A DNA stretch of 64,000 nt from assembly GCA_053919585.1 (NCBI GenBank), contig CM132787.1. The stretch is one strand, 5' to 3'. Shown piece by piece: positions 11,866-24,900 of this stretch; the first letter of the stretch is position 1; every line of letters starts with the position of its first letter. A program made the translations under genes and the position numbers. This stretch comes from Euprymna scolopes. Lineage: Eukaryota. The notes under the pieces are model-generated. The model saw nothing but the letters and a program-made list of their open reading frames with translations, did not search any database and had not been told where the DNA came from.

Positions 11866-14825
11866 CTATTAAATTCCAATTAGACAGTGGATCGGATCTT
11901 TCAACAATAAATCTCAAAACGTGAAAAATACTACGAAAGCCGACTATGTTAAAAACTAACAGAACGGCGACAGCCGTAAATGGTATAAAATTCATTTTGA
12001 AGGTGAATTAATTACAAACGCCACTTTACGGGGGGGAAACCTTAGATTGTATGCCCTAAAAGATAGTGAGAACCTGTTCGATTCTGACAGCATGAAGGAG
12101 TTTCGTCTCCGGGATCTTCTTATATCCACAGTCTGCAAGAAAATAGATACCCAGCATAACCGGAGAAACTTATAACTTTTTTTAAAAAAGAATTCAGAAA
12201 CGTATATACTCCTGGCCTGGGGAGATGTACAAAAATGGCCGCAGATTTTAAGTTGAAACCTGGGACACAACTGTTGTTTAAAAAGAAACGTAATGTCCCA
12301 TTCGCTTTCCTGAACAAAATAAATCAGGAACTAGACCGATTATAAAGCATCGGTATACCGGCTAAAATTGAATATAGTGAGTGGGCTGTTCTTGCAGTTT
12401 ACGTAAAGAAAAGGTCCGGGAAAATTCGCGTTTGCGCCGACTTCGGGCCCGGACTCAACGGCTCCTTAGGAGATTTTCACTATCCATTACCTAGTCCAGA
12501 AGTGTTCACGAAATTAAATGGCGGCAAGTTTTTTTCTAAGATCGACCTATGCGACGTTTACCTACAGATTCCGATAAACGACGAAGGCGCTAACCTCCTC
12601 TGTATTAACACTTATCGGCATTTGTATGGATACGAAAGGCTCGTGTTTTATATCAAGGTAGCACCCGATATATCCCAGCAAGTAATGGATACTATGATGC
12701 CCCACTCTGGCACAGCAATTGCATATCTTGGTGACATTATCATAGCGAGCAAAAGCAGGGAGGAACATGAAAAACATATAAGACAAGTATTAAATCGAAT
12801 ACAAGATTATGGATTTAAGACCAAAGCAGACAAATGCGAGTTCTTTTTACAAACAATTAAATACCTGGGTCAATAATCGATAAAGATGGCAGACGCCCCG
12901 ACCCAGATAGGGTGATTTATATTAAAGAAATGCCGCCACCAGTAAACATAACGAAATTGCAGAGTTTTTTTAGGTTTGGCAAATTATTACCAGGAGTTCA
13001 TCCTAAATATGCACAAATTGCGCGCACCACTTAATTAATTGCTGAAAAAAGTTAAGGCTTGAGAGTGAATAGAAGATTACCAGACATTCTAAGAAATAAA
13101 AAGGATCCTGACTTCAAAACTATTCCTAGCTCATTTAAACCCGCAGTTGCACATAATAGTAGCTAGCGACGTTAGTCAACATGGCGTCGGGGCGTGCATG
13201 CTACATCAAATGCTGGATGGCTCGAAGCAGCCTATTGCTTTTGCATCACGAACTCTCTTGCCAGCGGAAAATAATTATTCTCAGATCGAGAAAGCGGGCC
13301 TAGGAATTGCATTTGCAGTTTCAAAATTCCACGGCTTTTTATACGAAGACATTTTTTTTCTACAAACCGACCATAAGCTTGATATTCATTTTTGGATAAT
13401 GAAAAAGGACTTCCAAAATTCACTGCGAACCAACTATTAACATGTGGAACTATTCTGCTGAACTATAATTTTACAATTCAATTTCTCTCCTCAAAACAAC
13501 TAGCCCATGCAGTCGGTCTATTGAAACTGATGCCTGCCAAAATGGAACCTCTTGCAGATTTAGTAGTCGCGGCACCTGTTATTAATAGTGATGTAAAAAA
13601 CATGATAAACAATATTATCCGCGATCTGTCGAGCACACTTCAGGTAATTTAGTCAGAATCCCTAAATGACAATTTCATTCAACCACGAAGCAGAAATTAG
13701 AACTGGGTGACACAAGTTAAGACATTTTTTCTGGTTCCGACGAAATACTGTTATACGGTGAAAGGATTGTCATCCCCCAAACCTTTCATAAAAGAATTCT
13801 CAAGGATTTTCACATGGGCCATCCAGGAATAAACAGAATGAAAACCTAATGATAAATTTTGTTTATTGGCCAGTTATGGACCAAGATATTACCGACATGG
13901 TGAACAGATGCAAAGGTTGTGTTTTGGCTGCAAACGCACCACCGATAAAATATAAACCTTGGTCCAAGGCTGAAAATCTATGGTCGAGGATCCACATCGA
14001 TTATGCGATACCCGTGGAGGAGTTTTACTACCTGATAGTAGTTGACTCTTACTCTAAATGGCCAGAGGTTCTAAGAGACAAAAAACCGACCACGGCAACA
14101 ACGACAATTTTTTTATTGGAATTGTTTGCTTGGTTTGAGGTTGTAGACTGTCTAGTTAGCGACAACGCTACACAGTTCACCTCGACAAAGGTCCGAGAAT
14201 TCTGCGAGACGTATCAAGTCAAGCATATTACGACACACCAGTACCACACCAGAAGCAACGGCCAGGCTGAACGCTTCATCAATACGCTTAAAATGGCATT
14301 AATAAAAGGTGTCCGGTACAGCGACAGAAAAGGTCGTGCAGCAATTTACAGAATCACGAGAAATCCGAACAAACCAGATTCGGGATTACCAGCAGAAATC
14401 ATGTTTGGACGGAAAATAAAATCCGCATTTGATACACTGCTACCCAAACACATAGTACACAATAGAACCTCTACAATGCAAACGAAACGGTTTAACAGCG
14501 GAGATAACATGTATTTTAGACATTTTAGAATAGCGTTTTTTTTGTTTTTTTTTTAGAACAGGGCACGATCCTACGAAGAATAAGCCATATGACAGACATC
14601 ATTCAGGGCCCAAAGATCCAACATAAGAATCACCTGAACCAAATCAGGAAACGTTTCTACGAGGATCAAGAAGAACCACCGCAGGACGGCAGTAAGGTGA
14701 TTGGAACTATGTATGACAGTTTTGGCATAGATAATCCAAAAAGAATATCAGAAACGAGACGCTCCGACATAAAGAGGAAACACACAAACCCCTTGGTGAT
14801 CTGCCCCCAAAGGAAGAAATACTGA
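11866..14825 (+). pseudogene. Decayed pol of outer Gypsy (PR, RT, RNase H, integrase)
   Basis: PR IKFQLDSGSD; RT FFSKIDLCDVYLQI...AYLGDII; RNase H VASDVSQHGVGA...PIAFASRTL...NYSQIEK; zinc finger HMGHPG...CKGC; IN RIHIDYA, VSDNA, SNGQAER. Numerous stops and frameshifts. Confidence 0.95.
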
Positions 14826-14859
14826 TGTTCGCAACCGCGGAACGTAGCTTGGGAGGTGG

Positions 14860-15083
14860 TGTTGTGGGGGAATCACCCTCCAAATGGACTGTTCTATCCA
14901 TTATATAAAACATAGAACTTTTGATCCCAGGTGTGGATTAAACACCAGAGCGAACCTCGCCTGCTCGGTGACGTTTACTACGCTTTTCAGTTGTAACCGT
15001 TTTACGTTGTTGTTCCCGTAATACATTGTTTAAACTCTATTCCGTTGTTTTGTTTTCTTTGTGGCTTATTGTAAGCCATAACA
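14860..15083 (+). repeat. 3' LTR of outer Gypsy element
   Basis: tgttgtgggggaatcaccctcc...gccataaca, preceded by the PPT. Confidence 0.93.
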
Positions 15084-15088
15084 CTATA

Positions 15089-15870
15089 TTAGCTGAATAC
15101 GCGATCTTGCCCGGTTTTATAATAAAATAAATCAGTGTGGTTTAATTCATGCAGATTTTGTATGTATAATTATAGAATTCAATGCTCTGTTGATTATTGT
15201 ATATCAAGAGAATTTTTCCGGTTGACTAATTCGCAAAAATAAATAAATAATTAGAGATACTATTGTAAATCAAATTTTGTTTGTTTTTGTTTACAATATC
15301 ATGTAAGCTGAGGTTGGTGATTGACGATGAATGTTCGGGGAAAAGTGAATTTCTGGTAAAGGTTTAGTTTACAAATATGTAAACGAAGAAATGATTTATT
15401 GAAATTTTAATTGGAATATCTTTTATCGTTATTTAACACAGTATAAGAAACCTAAAATAAAATCGCCAGGTGCATTGGGGATTGAACAGCCACCTATCCA
15501 ATAAGTAGTAGATTACTTATCCACTGAGCTACCTATCTTGACGACCGTAGTCCTGTTTCTTTGAGAAAAATAATTTACCGAGAATTTAAACTACCTTGAT
15601 TTGCTAATATTTATTTCCTTTTGCTGGGGAAACATAAAATAAGCTGTATTTTTTCCAATTTATAAGGAAAAGAATGACCATTAATATTATTTCATTTTTT
15701 CCATTTTTGGTACTTATAATGTGAATTTCTGAACAAACTCTCTCTATGAACATTGGCATATATAAAGGAACTAGCTTTGTATAAAATTTTTAAAAAATCG
15801 GCTTAGATGTTTCGAAAATTCGGAGGAAGAAATTCACACACACAAAAATAATTGACTTATATATTATTTC
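15089..15870 (-). mobile_element. Putative decayed non-autonomous Helitron
   Basis: ttagctgaatacgcgatcttgcccgg resembles a reversed Helitron 3' end (CCGGGCAA...TATTCAGCTAG). The other end, cacacacaaaaataattgacttatatatt, resembles the reversed 5' ends of the other copies in this window. Confidence 0.45.
15466..15536 (-). other. tRNA-like (Pol III A-box/B-box) remnant, SINE head or pseudo-tRNA
   Basis: - strand: GGTAGCTCAGTGGATAAG...GGCTGTTCAATCCCCA. A-box TAGCTCAGTGG and B-box-like GTTCAATCC are at tRNA spacing, but there is no intact cloverleaf. Confidence 0.45.
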
Positions 15871-15998
15871 ATTGGAATCCGTTATTTAGATGAGTATTAT
15901 TAATTTATTTATTGCGGACTAATATCCTCGTCTTTTGTAGATGTTGTTTCCATAACATCTAAGAAAGATAAGGATAAATGTACGAAATAAATGAATTG

Positions 15999-16040
<42 letters not shown>

Positions 16041-18130
16041 CTATGATTCTTTTTTGTATATTTATATTAATAATTCGAGATTTCTATTCCGTTGCGGTTA
16101 ACCTGAAGAAGCTCAAAAGAATATTTTTTATTAGGGATATTCATTATTACTTTTATTAGTATTTAAAGTGAAATGATACATTTTGAGAAAATAAGAATCG
16201 AAATATGGTTCAATGTGGTTCATATCAATTGAGATAGAAACAGAGTAAAAAGAAAGAGAAAGAAGAGAAAGAGAAAAATATGTAGAATCAAGTGTGACAA
16301 AAAAAAAAATAAAAGAGAATAAAGATAAAAAAAAGATGGAGAGTAATGTTTTGATGCAGCACGAACAAGACAGAGTAAAAATGAATTAACGAAAGACGCC
16401 ACCATCGCAAACTTAACCAGACGCAACTAATCGGTGATTTAAATATATGTTTGCTGATTCTGAAAAATGTATTCAGTGTAAATTCGTAGAATTTTTCTCG
16501 CATCGAAATTAAATCGTTTCCAAGGCTGGATGAGAAGTTAATGATAATCTTTCATTGGCTGACATGAATAATCGAATGATTTATGTATTTTCTCTTTCAA
16601 ATTTACATCTAACATCAGAATAAAAAACATTCAATTCAAAACACAAAATATAATTAGTCTAATGCTCGTTCTCGCTAGCTATCGGTGTTTTTCATTATTC
16701 GTACTTGAAATACAATTGTGAATAGGCCGGTATACGGTTTGCTTATTTGTTTTATTGTTGCTTCGGTCTGATATCATATCGAGTTTAAATCAGGGTTTCG
16801 TCTTTTCTGAATCGAAATTATGAAGCGGGTAAACGACATTATTGAAGTATAACCTCGTTTGGGGGCTTACCAATTGCGTATACCGGCAATGTAATATTTT
16901 TTGTCTTGGATATGAATAAGGAGTCCTCTGAGATAAACTCTTGTGGATTATTAGCAGAAGCAGCACGTTATTCAAATGCTATAAGTGTTTGTGCTTCCCT
17001 GGGTTACACGTAAATAAATGCCATATACAGAGATTGAAAGGACAAGCAAGCTGCGAATACTGATGTTAATTGCCTTGCGAATTTTTACTGGCAAAATGTT
17101 AGCTATGTATAACCCACACTGCACATCACTTGTTATTTCCAAACTATTGTGTAAAACAATATCTTCGTGTAATATTCATCATACGTTACACAAGTGGAAC
17201 GCTTTGTTATTCCTGGACAGGAAACGAGGTGATTTAAAAGCTATATTAATTGTTAAAACATGGCTCTATAGTGTGTTTACACTGATTAAAATGATATTTC
17301 TTCAGATTTGGCGAACCAGTCATATTATTTCTCTCGATTTTTATTAAAGAAATAAAATTGCTCCTTTCCAACACCAAACATCCGCAAAGTGACCGCTGTT
17401 GCTTGCGTAGAATCAGTTGCATAAATAGACATTAACGACGTTAGAAAATGACAAAAGACTCACGGGAGCTTGTTACTTTAATGTTTGTAAGATTATTATT
17501 TCTGGATACGTTCTCAATATCCTGAAGCAGTGAAACGGGCAATAGCCAGCATAATCAGTAATGAATTTAAGTTTAATTGCGCAAAAGTTTCTGAATAGTA
17601 AGTTTGGTAACAGATTTTGGGGTAAGGATATTTGATCTCATTCTTAACCCTTATTTGACACAATTAGATTAAAATATCTGAGAGGACTGCCTAGAAAAGC
17701 TTGTAAGTATCATCACACTCCTATTGACTCCCTTAAAATGTAATCACAGAAGATTGGAGAAAAGCAGCATGCACAATTCATCAAGTTACTTGTGATGTAC
17801 TCTGAAAGAGAGTAGAAATAATTTATTGAAAGACGGATAGTAAACCTTGAAGCCTAAAACTTTGTGTTCTTGCTTTGATCTTTGTGGCATTTATTATTGA
17901 ATAATCAAGCTTTTTGAATAATTGATATTTTCTAAAAGTTGTTTGATATTTTTGATGAAATTTTTGTTTAAATAATGTTTTTCATTATCTATTCTGTTAG
18001 ACTGTTCGATCGAATAAAGAAAGAAACTCCTGCAAAGCACTAATAACATTTCCCCTAATCTCATCAATAATTTTCAAAAATACAAACGCGTAAGGAATAT
18101 TTTTAAAAGTGGCATTTTTGCTGTTACGGC

Positions 18131-18195
<65 letters not shown>

Positions 18196-18731
18196 GAGAT
18201 GTAGAGCGATGGATATTATATTTGCCATGTAAAAACCGCCCGTGATTAGATTAAGCGGAGTATAAGCCAATGCTTCAAACAAATTTATAGCGAAAAAAAA
18301 GTTTTATTAAATTACAGTAATAATTTCAATTTTATCTGCATTTTAGACATTTTATTAAAAAATATATATTTTTTAATTTATGCTACACAATTCTGTATAT
18401 CTTACTGATACTCCATGTTGCATTAAAGCCATTTTTCTACAACCTTGATTGGTTGAGGAAAATTTAATCTCATTCCTTACATTAATTATTGTATGAATTA
18501 ATAACTATTATAATTTATTAACTTTAAATTATCTTTACTGTTTATGGAACATAACAAACAAGGCTCGGGCCAAATGCGTATTTTTGATCCCAAAATTCAT
18601 CACAGGATCTGAAATGATTATAGGGAAACCACAAACCCTTCACTAATTTCTTCGCATTGCACTATACACATTGAGATCATTTGATCCTGCAGCCTGTATT
18701 TTTCATCACAGGGCTTAGATTACTTTGAGCG

Positions 18732-18799
<68 letters not shown>

Positions 18800-18804
<5 letters not shown>

Positions 18805-19750
18805 TAAGATGTTTGCAAATTCATAAAGAACATTGATATTCGAGATGCAATTTTCTCTTTCATCGTTCTAGTCATACCGCTAAGAATCTACAACCACACT
18901 AACTTCTCTATTAACGATCTTGTAAAAATGCTGCCTTACGACGAACGTCTTACCAACTTCCTGGACACTTCAATAACATGTTCAATATTGGGCTACGAGT
19001 TCTTCACCTCAATGCAGAATATTACAATTCCCAGTGTTCAATCAGTACGTTGCTAGAGAAATTGCTTACTACCTCCGCAATATTTATATTTTCAGTAGCA
19101 GACGCTATGCTTTTCGTTCTGAAAGATAACAGGTCTGTGCTGAAGCTAATATCACACATGATACGTTTATTTACTTACGGTGGTTTCGTTTCTGGTACAA
19201 TTTCTCTTGATATATTTATGTATTTGACGTTGGCATGAATACTACTAAACAAAATTCCCACATAGAGAATTGCTGGAAATGTCCTCTACACTATCAAATC
19301 GATTCACCCCGATGATTTTATCAATGCACTCGTTCATGAGAAAACATTCGAAACTTACAGTTTTTACGGCGGCGTACCTGATAGATCAATCCTGGGCCTA
19401 TATCTCTTCTTGATATTCATCAATAGTCTCTCTCAAATGATATCCTAAGATCTTTCGTAAGCATCGATCCAGATTATACCACGATCTATAGTAATAATTC
19501 ATAGGCCTACAATAAGCAGAATTAATCTGATTTCTCTGCAATTTCGTTACACGTGTCGTACAATAGAGTACATCGCTTAATTTTTATACCTCCAAAACAA
19601 AATTTTATTTTTCATCACTAAAGCTCAAATCCCAACTCATCCCTCATTGAAATGAACGGCTCTCATTCTGGGAAAGTAACTTGTTTTTTTTTTATTATTG
19701 ACTGACTGTCACTTTAAAAATAATGAAATACCTACACTCGATACGTCGCA
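18800..19750 (+). mobile_element. Decayed CR1/Jockey-group LINE ORF2 remnant
   Basis: GVPDRSILGLYLFLIFINSL (~19370-19430) matches GVPQGSVLGPxLFLIFINDL. It is followed by FVSIDPDYTTIY, a degenerate FADDT. Similar to the 59326-60602 copy. Confidence 0.65.
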
Positions 19751-20834
19751 ACAACCGATTAAAAAGTTGGGAAAATATTCTCCCACTCTAAATGAATTAT
19801 AACAGATTGGGACTTCGGATATTATTTGAATATGCTGGCTAGTTTAACCACGGAGTTTGCAACGCTGAGGCACTTAGATACTAATTAAATAGTTTACTGA
19901 TAATAGAATGCATTTAACGGCATAAATCGAAACAAACAAAAGAATTGAAAAATATAATAACCGATTTAATCAAAAAGCTCACAAACTACAAAATATATAT
20001 GTATATGTATAATTCAAACACCATCATGTTTGAATATATGATAAAGTTGCGTCCTTAGTAGTTTAGAACTGTTTGAAGCTTCACCACTCACTCATTGTTC
20101 GATCAAATTTCAAACAATTATTCAAGTTTATAGATCACCATCTCAGCTATATTGTGAAAAACAAATTAATTTTCGTTCAGTGAAAGTAAAGTAATGATGA
20201 AGTTTCTTGTGTTACAAATGGTAAAAATATGTAAGCAGGCGAGCGACGCTTTTTATGCTGGTTTCCAAAGCAACCACGAAGCTTCAGCGGCTAGTGTTGC
20301 TACTAATTCATTGTTGTCACAACAGAGAAGTAACAAGTGGAAACAGAGGAATTGAAGAATTAGAAGGATATCATTGGGAGATTATATTAAAAGCAGACGT
20401 GGTCCGTACATTGTTAATTACATATCTGTTCATGGGGGCAAATAAATAAGATTGAAATAAAAAATGAACGAATGGATTTGTGAGAAGACGGAACAAATCA
20501 TGAATTACACTAGAAAAATGCGAGCATTAAAAGAAATATGGTTGAGATTAAACATGAAAAAATAATTGATTAGTTGTTAAAAGTGCAAAAGAAAAGGGCG
20601 AGGTATTCTAGTAAACAATTTATACCTTAAAATATTGCCACATTTTTGTTTAAATTTAATTTCTAACATAATATAATCAATTCTTAATGCGGCAATATTT
20701 TAACTTTTAAATTTATTATATTTTTTACTAGAATATATTGTCCTTCTCTCTTCCAGTTTGAACAACTAGCCATTTGCTTTTCTATGTTTACGCTTAACCA
20801 GATTACTTTTCATGCTCGCATTTTTCTATTGTAA

Positions 20835-20886
<52 letters not shown>

Positions 20887-20897
20887 ATATATATATG

Positions 20898-21458
20898 GCA
20901 GGTCATGTCATATGCTACTGGTACCATGTAACTCAGCACTACCTGCCTCATGGTCGCGTTTCCGGCGACTAAACTGGTTCCCCTACCAGATTGTTTGGTG
21001 AGGTGGGCGGCTAATCTCTCCCTGAAGGATTAAAAACAAGACCTTCCAAAGGGCGGATGTACCCTTTTACTGAGTCAACGGCCAACAAACAACGTGTGTG
21101 TTTGTGCGTATGTATGTGTGTTGGGGTTGAGAGGGCTCCCGTACCGTGGTGAAGGCAACCGTTCTCGGAGAAGCAAATATCTTACTTTAAAAAAAAAAAC
21201 ATAACTCGAGAGACCAGTACCAGTATGAAGCTGATCTGCAGTTTAAATTGTTGCTGGCGATCTGGCTCTTGCTTGTTGTTGCATCTTAACATTTTGAACA
21301 GTGAGAGAAAGACTTAGCTATCGTACAAAGCTAAGACTCTGTAATATCATCTATGTATAGATACTCCCTCAGGCATGTGTCTATTAAAATGGGCCTGTGG
21401 TGATGGAAGTCATTTTTTGGGCTCATGGATTTTTAGTGTCTGAGGGAGTTGCACTCGT
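20898..21458. repeat. Dispersed interspersed repeat of unknown class (possibly an RTE-type 5' UTR or SINE)
   Basis: 21209-21390 matches the reverse complement of 33742-33920. 21408-21458 matches the reverse complement of 32922-32970. Confidence 0.6.
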
Positions 21459-22506
21459 NNNNNNNNNNNNNNNNNNNNNNNNNNNNNNNNNNNNNNNNNN
21501 NNNNNNNNNNNNNNNNNNNNNNNNNNNNNNNNNNNNNNNNNNNNNNNNNNNNNNNNNNNNNNNNNNNNNNNNNNNNNNNNNNNNNNNNNNNNNNNNNNNN
21601 NNNNNNNNNNNNNNNAATAATCNNNNNNNNNNNNNNNNNNNNNNNNNNNNNNNNNNNNNNNNNNNNNNNNNNNNNNNNNNNNNNNNNNNNNNNNNNNNNN
21701 NNNNNNNNNNNNNNNNNNNNNNNNNNNNNNNNNNNNNNNNNNNNNNNNNNNNNNNNNNNNNNNNNNAATACCTACATCCATATAACACGTACAGTTATAT
21801 GCGTTTAAAATGCCCCTAATGTGTATGTGTGATTATAGGTGTATTCATTCACGTGTGCATTATAAAGAGTTGGTTCCGAAATGTCTCTTTCTATATTTAT
21901 GAAGAAGAAGAATATAAAACAAACGAGGAAACAAAATAAATGAATATTCATGAGAATTCCTGCAAAAAAGAAGCATCTCAAGCGTATAATTCACACTGCT
22001 CGGAAACTTCTGCATCGACTTGTGTTCAGTAGTGTAAGAGAACATTACAGTAAAGGTGCAGTCATCTGAGTATGTCTCTGTTGCTACCACTTGTGTGCAC
22101 ACCTTCCAATTAGGGAAACACCGAATAGACCAGGCGTACATCTGACAGATTTTTCGGGTTTCGCATTTTAATTCACTTGCGAGAGGATAGTTTTACCGAG
22201 CAAATACATATACACAGTGAATATTTGTTCGGATCGATTTTAAATGGTTATAGTATTAACTTTGTATAGGGTTGGTTTAATATTTATTTGCCCGCTCAGT
22301 TTCAACATATAACCTTCTATATTTGTATTTATCGCTTAATTCAATCAATTTCGTAGAAGATGTTTTTCCTCGTTCATTTTTTCTTCCTAAAATAAGTAAC
22401 TGTAATGCCAGTGTATTCTATTTTCAATAAAAAAGATCTGTTGTTATTTCATCTAGTTTCTGTTGGGGATAATTGTTAAATTAAAATATGTATATCTTTA
22501 ATAATA

Positions 22507-23330
22507 CAGGGTAGAACGATTTAATTGACGCCCTACAGAAAACAAAACTACAACTTTATTTTTAAGTCTGACGAAATCATTTCTTATAACTTGATTATGA
22601 AATGGAGCTGACGTATAATTTATGTAGTCGCTTTCAGCCGCAATTATCGCCTCGATACGTGTCCGGAACTGAGAGCATGTATTGTGCATAAGCGCCGGCT
22701 GGAGTTGGGAGAATACTTTGTGGATGGCGGCAATCAGACTGTCTGAAAGGTAATAGTGACGTATGCACAGCGGTTCAGGTCGAGGGGCAAGGGGGACGGG
22801 TGAGAGAAAGACACAAAACCGTAACACTCCTGAAGCCAAGTCCGGGCTTCTTTGAACTTATGTGACAGCGCCATGTCCACGGACAGCCAGCGGCCACCTG
22901 ATGTTATCAAGGAATCACTACACTCTTCAGCATATCCAGGTACACTTAAGTGATGACTTCATAGACGACTTCGAAGATGTAAAGTGGACGATGTAGCCCT
23001 GAGTCAAAACCACAAAAAAAAAATAATAACCGTGACTGCATTTTTTTTTGTCCCACCCTATATACGGTCCTAAGCGTTGAACCCTTTTCCGTTTGAGGGT
23101 GCTGACAATGGTTTGTTGACATAATTCACATCGGAAGAGAACATGACTTGTAAAGGGGCGTATTTCCGATCTAACTTGCTGAAAATTTGTCCACTTTCAG
23201 ACACATTAGAAGGTTCATGTTGCTTTTAGGATTTGTACAAAGCTGGCCAACGAGTAGATCATCTACACCACAAAAATGTTTTTTTCTTAAACGGAAATGA
23301 AATAACGCCGTTTGTTTTCTAGGACTACAA
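22507..23330 (-). mobile_element. Decayed Tc1/mariner (maT-like) transposon remnant
   Basis: TA|CAGGGT terminus at 22507. The - strand encodes a transposase C-terminus, P..PDLN...SLIAAIHKVFSQLQPALMHNTCSQFRTRIEAIIAAESDYI. Right boundary uncertain. Confidence 0.7.
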
Positions 23331-23517
23331 TATTTTGGTTTCATTCTGTATCAATTAGAGGAAAAATATCATTCAGTATACTCTTTTAATATTTGTGTCG
23401 AATCACATAAAATATAACATATTTTTACGATATGTGACGTATAATATATACACCTAAGAACAGTATATTAACCGAGCTTCTAGGTACTAATTAGTCATAA
23501 TTCGTTATGCCTAAAAT

Positions 23518-24130
23518 ATCTATAAAAGTGAAAGTGTCTGTTTGGGTGCGTCTTTGTGTGTACATATCACTAACAAACTACTCTATTACTTTTCAGTCTA
23601 CAAACTCAAGATTTGACTTTTGCACTTGAGATTTTAGATGCATGTTTCTTGGATAGTTTTGAAACATGTTAATTTGAATTGAGCCCAAAACTATATATGT
23701 AAAGGGGTAAAAACTGGGGTCAAAGTTAGAAAAACTCTGCGGTCTCTACCAAATTACTCAGCTAATTTTTGGTTTAAAAATTTGGAATTTTTCAGAACGT
23801 GTATTCTAACATAGGGCAAGCATTTAAGTTGGTATTTGGCCGAACATTTTGCTGGCACAGAAGTTAAAGTTCAAAATATCTGACCTCTGGTGTCTCTAGC
23901 AAATCATTCAGCAAATTCTCGGTCTAAATATTTGATTTTACAAAGAAGTATTCTGCCATGCAACAAGCTTTTTAAATCAGTTTTTGTCGAAAGTTTGGCT
24001 GACAAGAGGTCAAATTTAAAGAGTTCACCTTTGTAGACACTACCAAACTCCTGCACCAATGTGACGTCTAAACACTTGAAATTTTTGATGCAGATTACTT
24101 TTTCTGACCATTTAAATCGGTTTCACTCTT
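23518..24130 (+). mobile_element. Non-autonomous Helitron-family copy with ~140-bp internal tandem repeats; 3' end not found
   Basis: 5' ATCTATAAAAGTGAAAGTGTCTGTTTG resembles the 61250 copy. The module ggtcaaagtt...ctaccaaa...gtctaaa.a.ttg occurs ~3 times and is shared with 61300-61500. Confidence 0.6.
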
Positions 24131-24619
24131 ATGTAACTTGTTTGTACAGACAATGTTAATTGCTACCATGCCATGCTTTTAAATATATTGTAAATAATTT
24201 GGAAAATATAGCTTTTAGCCTGGGAGGAATTATATTTAAGTGAGTGCAACATTTATAATAATAAAACTATGCTGTATATTTTTTATCGTCAATATGTTAA
24301 TATATATGGTGTAAACAATACCACTGTTGTCTACCAGGAATTAAATATTAAATAATGGTTACGGAAACAAACATACCTCGATATGTATGATGTAAGTGTG
24401 CACAAGCAAGGTTCTTGTAGCGATTTTATTGCTGCCGTTTGCATTTTGGAGTGATGTGGTTTCGCATATTATTTACATACGCTTCGAATCTTGATTTGTC
24501 TTAGTTAAGATTTAAAAACGTAATGTTGGGCTGTTAACAGTAATCACAATACATTTGAACGCCTACTTTATCGCTTATGCCTTGCTACTGTATCGATGCC
24601 TATACTTTCTCATATTCCT

Positions 24620-24679
<60 letters not shown>

Positions 24680-24839
24680 TAATTTATTAATTAAATTTAA
24701 AAAAATTCTCAGTAACTTAATACGTTATTATCAGAATTAGAAATGATATGTTTAATGAGTTTAGTATTGGAATGTCATATTTTTCTGTGGTTTAAAAAGC
24801 AATACCGAAGTACGACAATACCTACACATGTATTCATAT

Positions 24840-24900
<61 letters not shown>

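Larger units (their letters stand above)
6627..15083 (+). mobile_element. Ty3/Gypsy LTR retrotransposon (Mag-like), full-length but decayed, interrupted by a nested element
   Basis: LTRs at 6627-6849 and 14860-15083 (TG...CA, ~23 substitutions in ~223 bp). PBS-like TGGCGA follows the 5' LTR and PPT GGGAGGTGG precedes the 3' LTR. Domain order is gag, PR, RT, RH, IN. TSD not recognisable (attta vs ctata). Confidence 0.95.

Noticed and set aside
15466-15536. Functional tRNA gene
   Set aside because: Acceptor and anticodon stems do not pair properly; kept only as a tRNA-like remnant.
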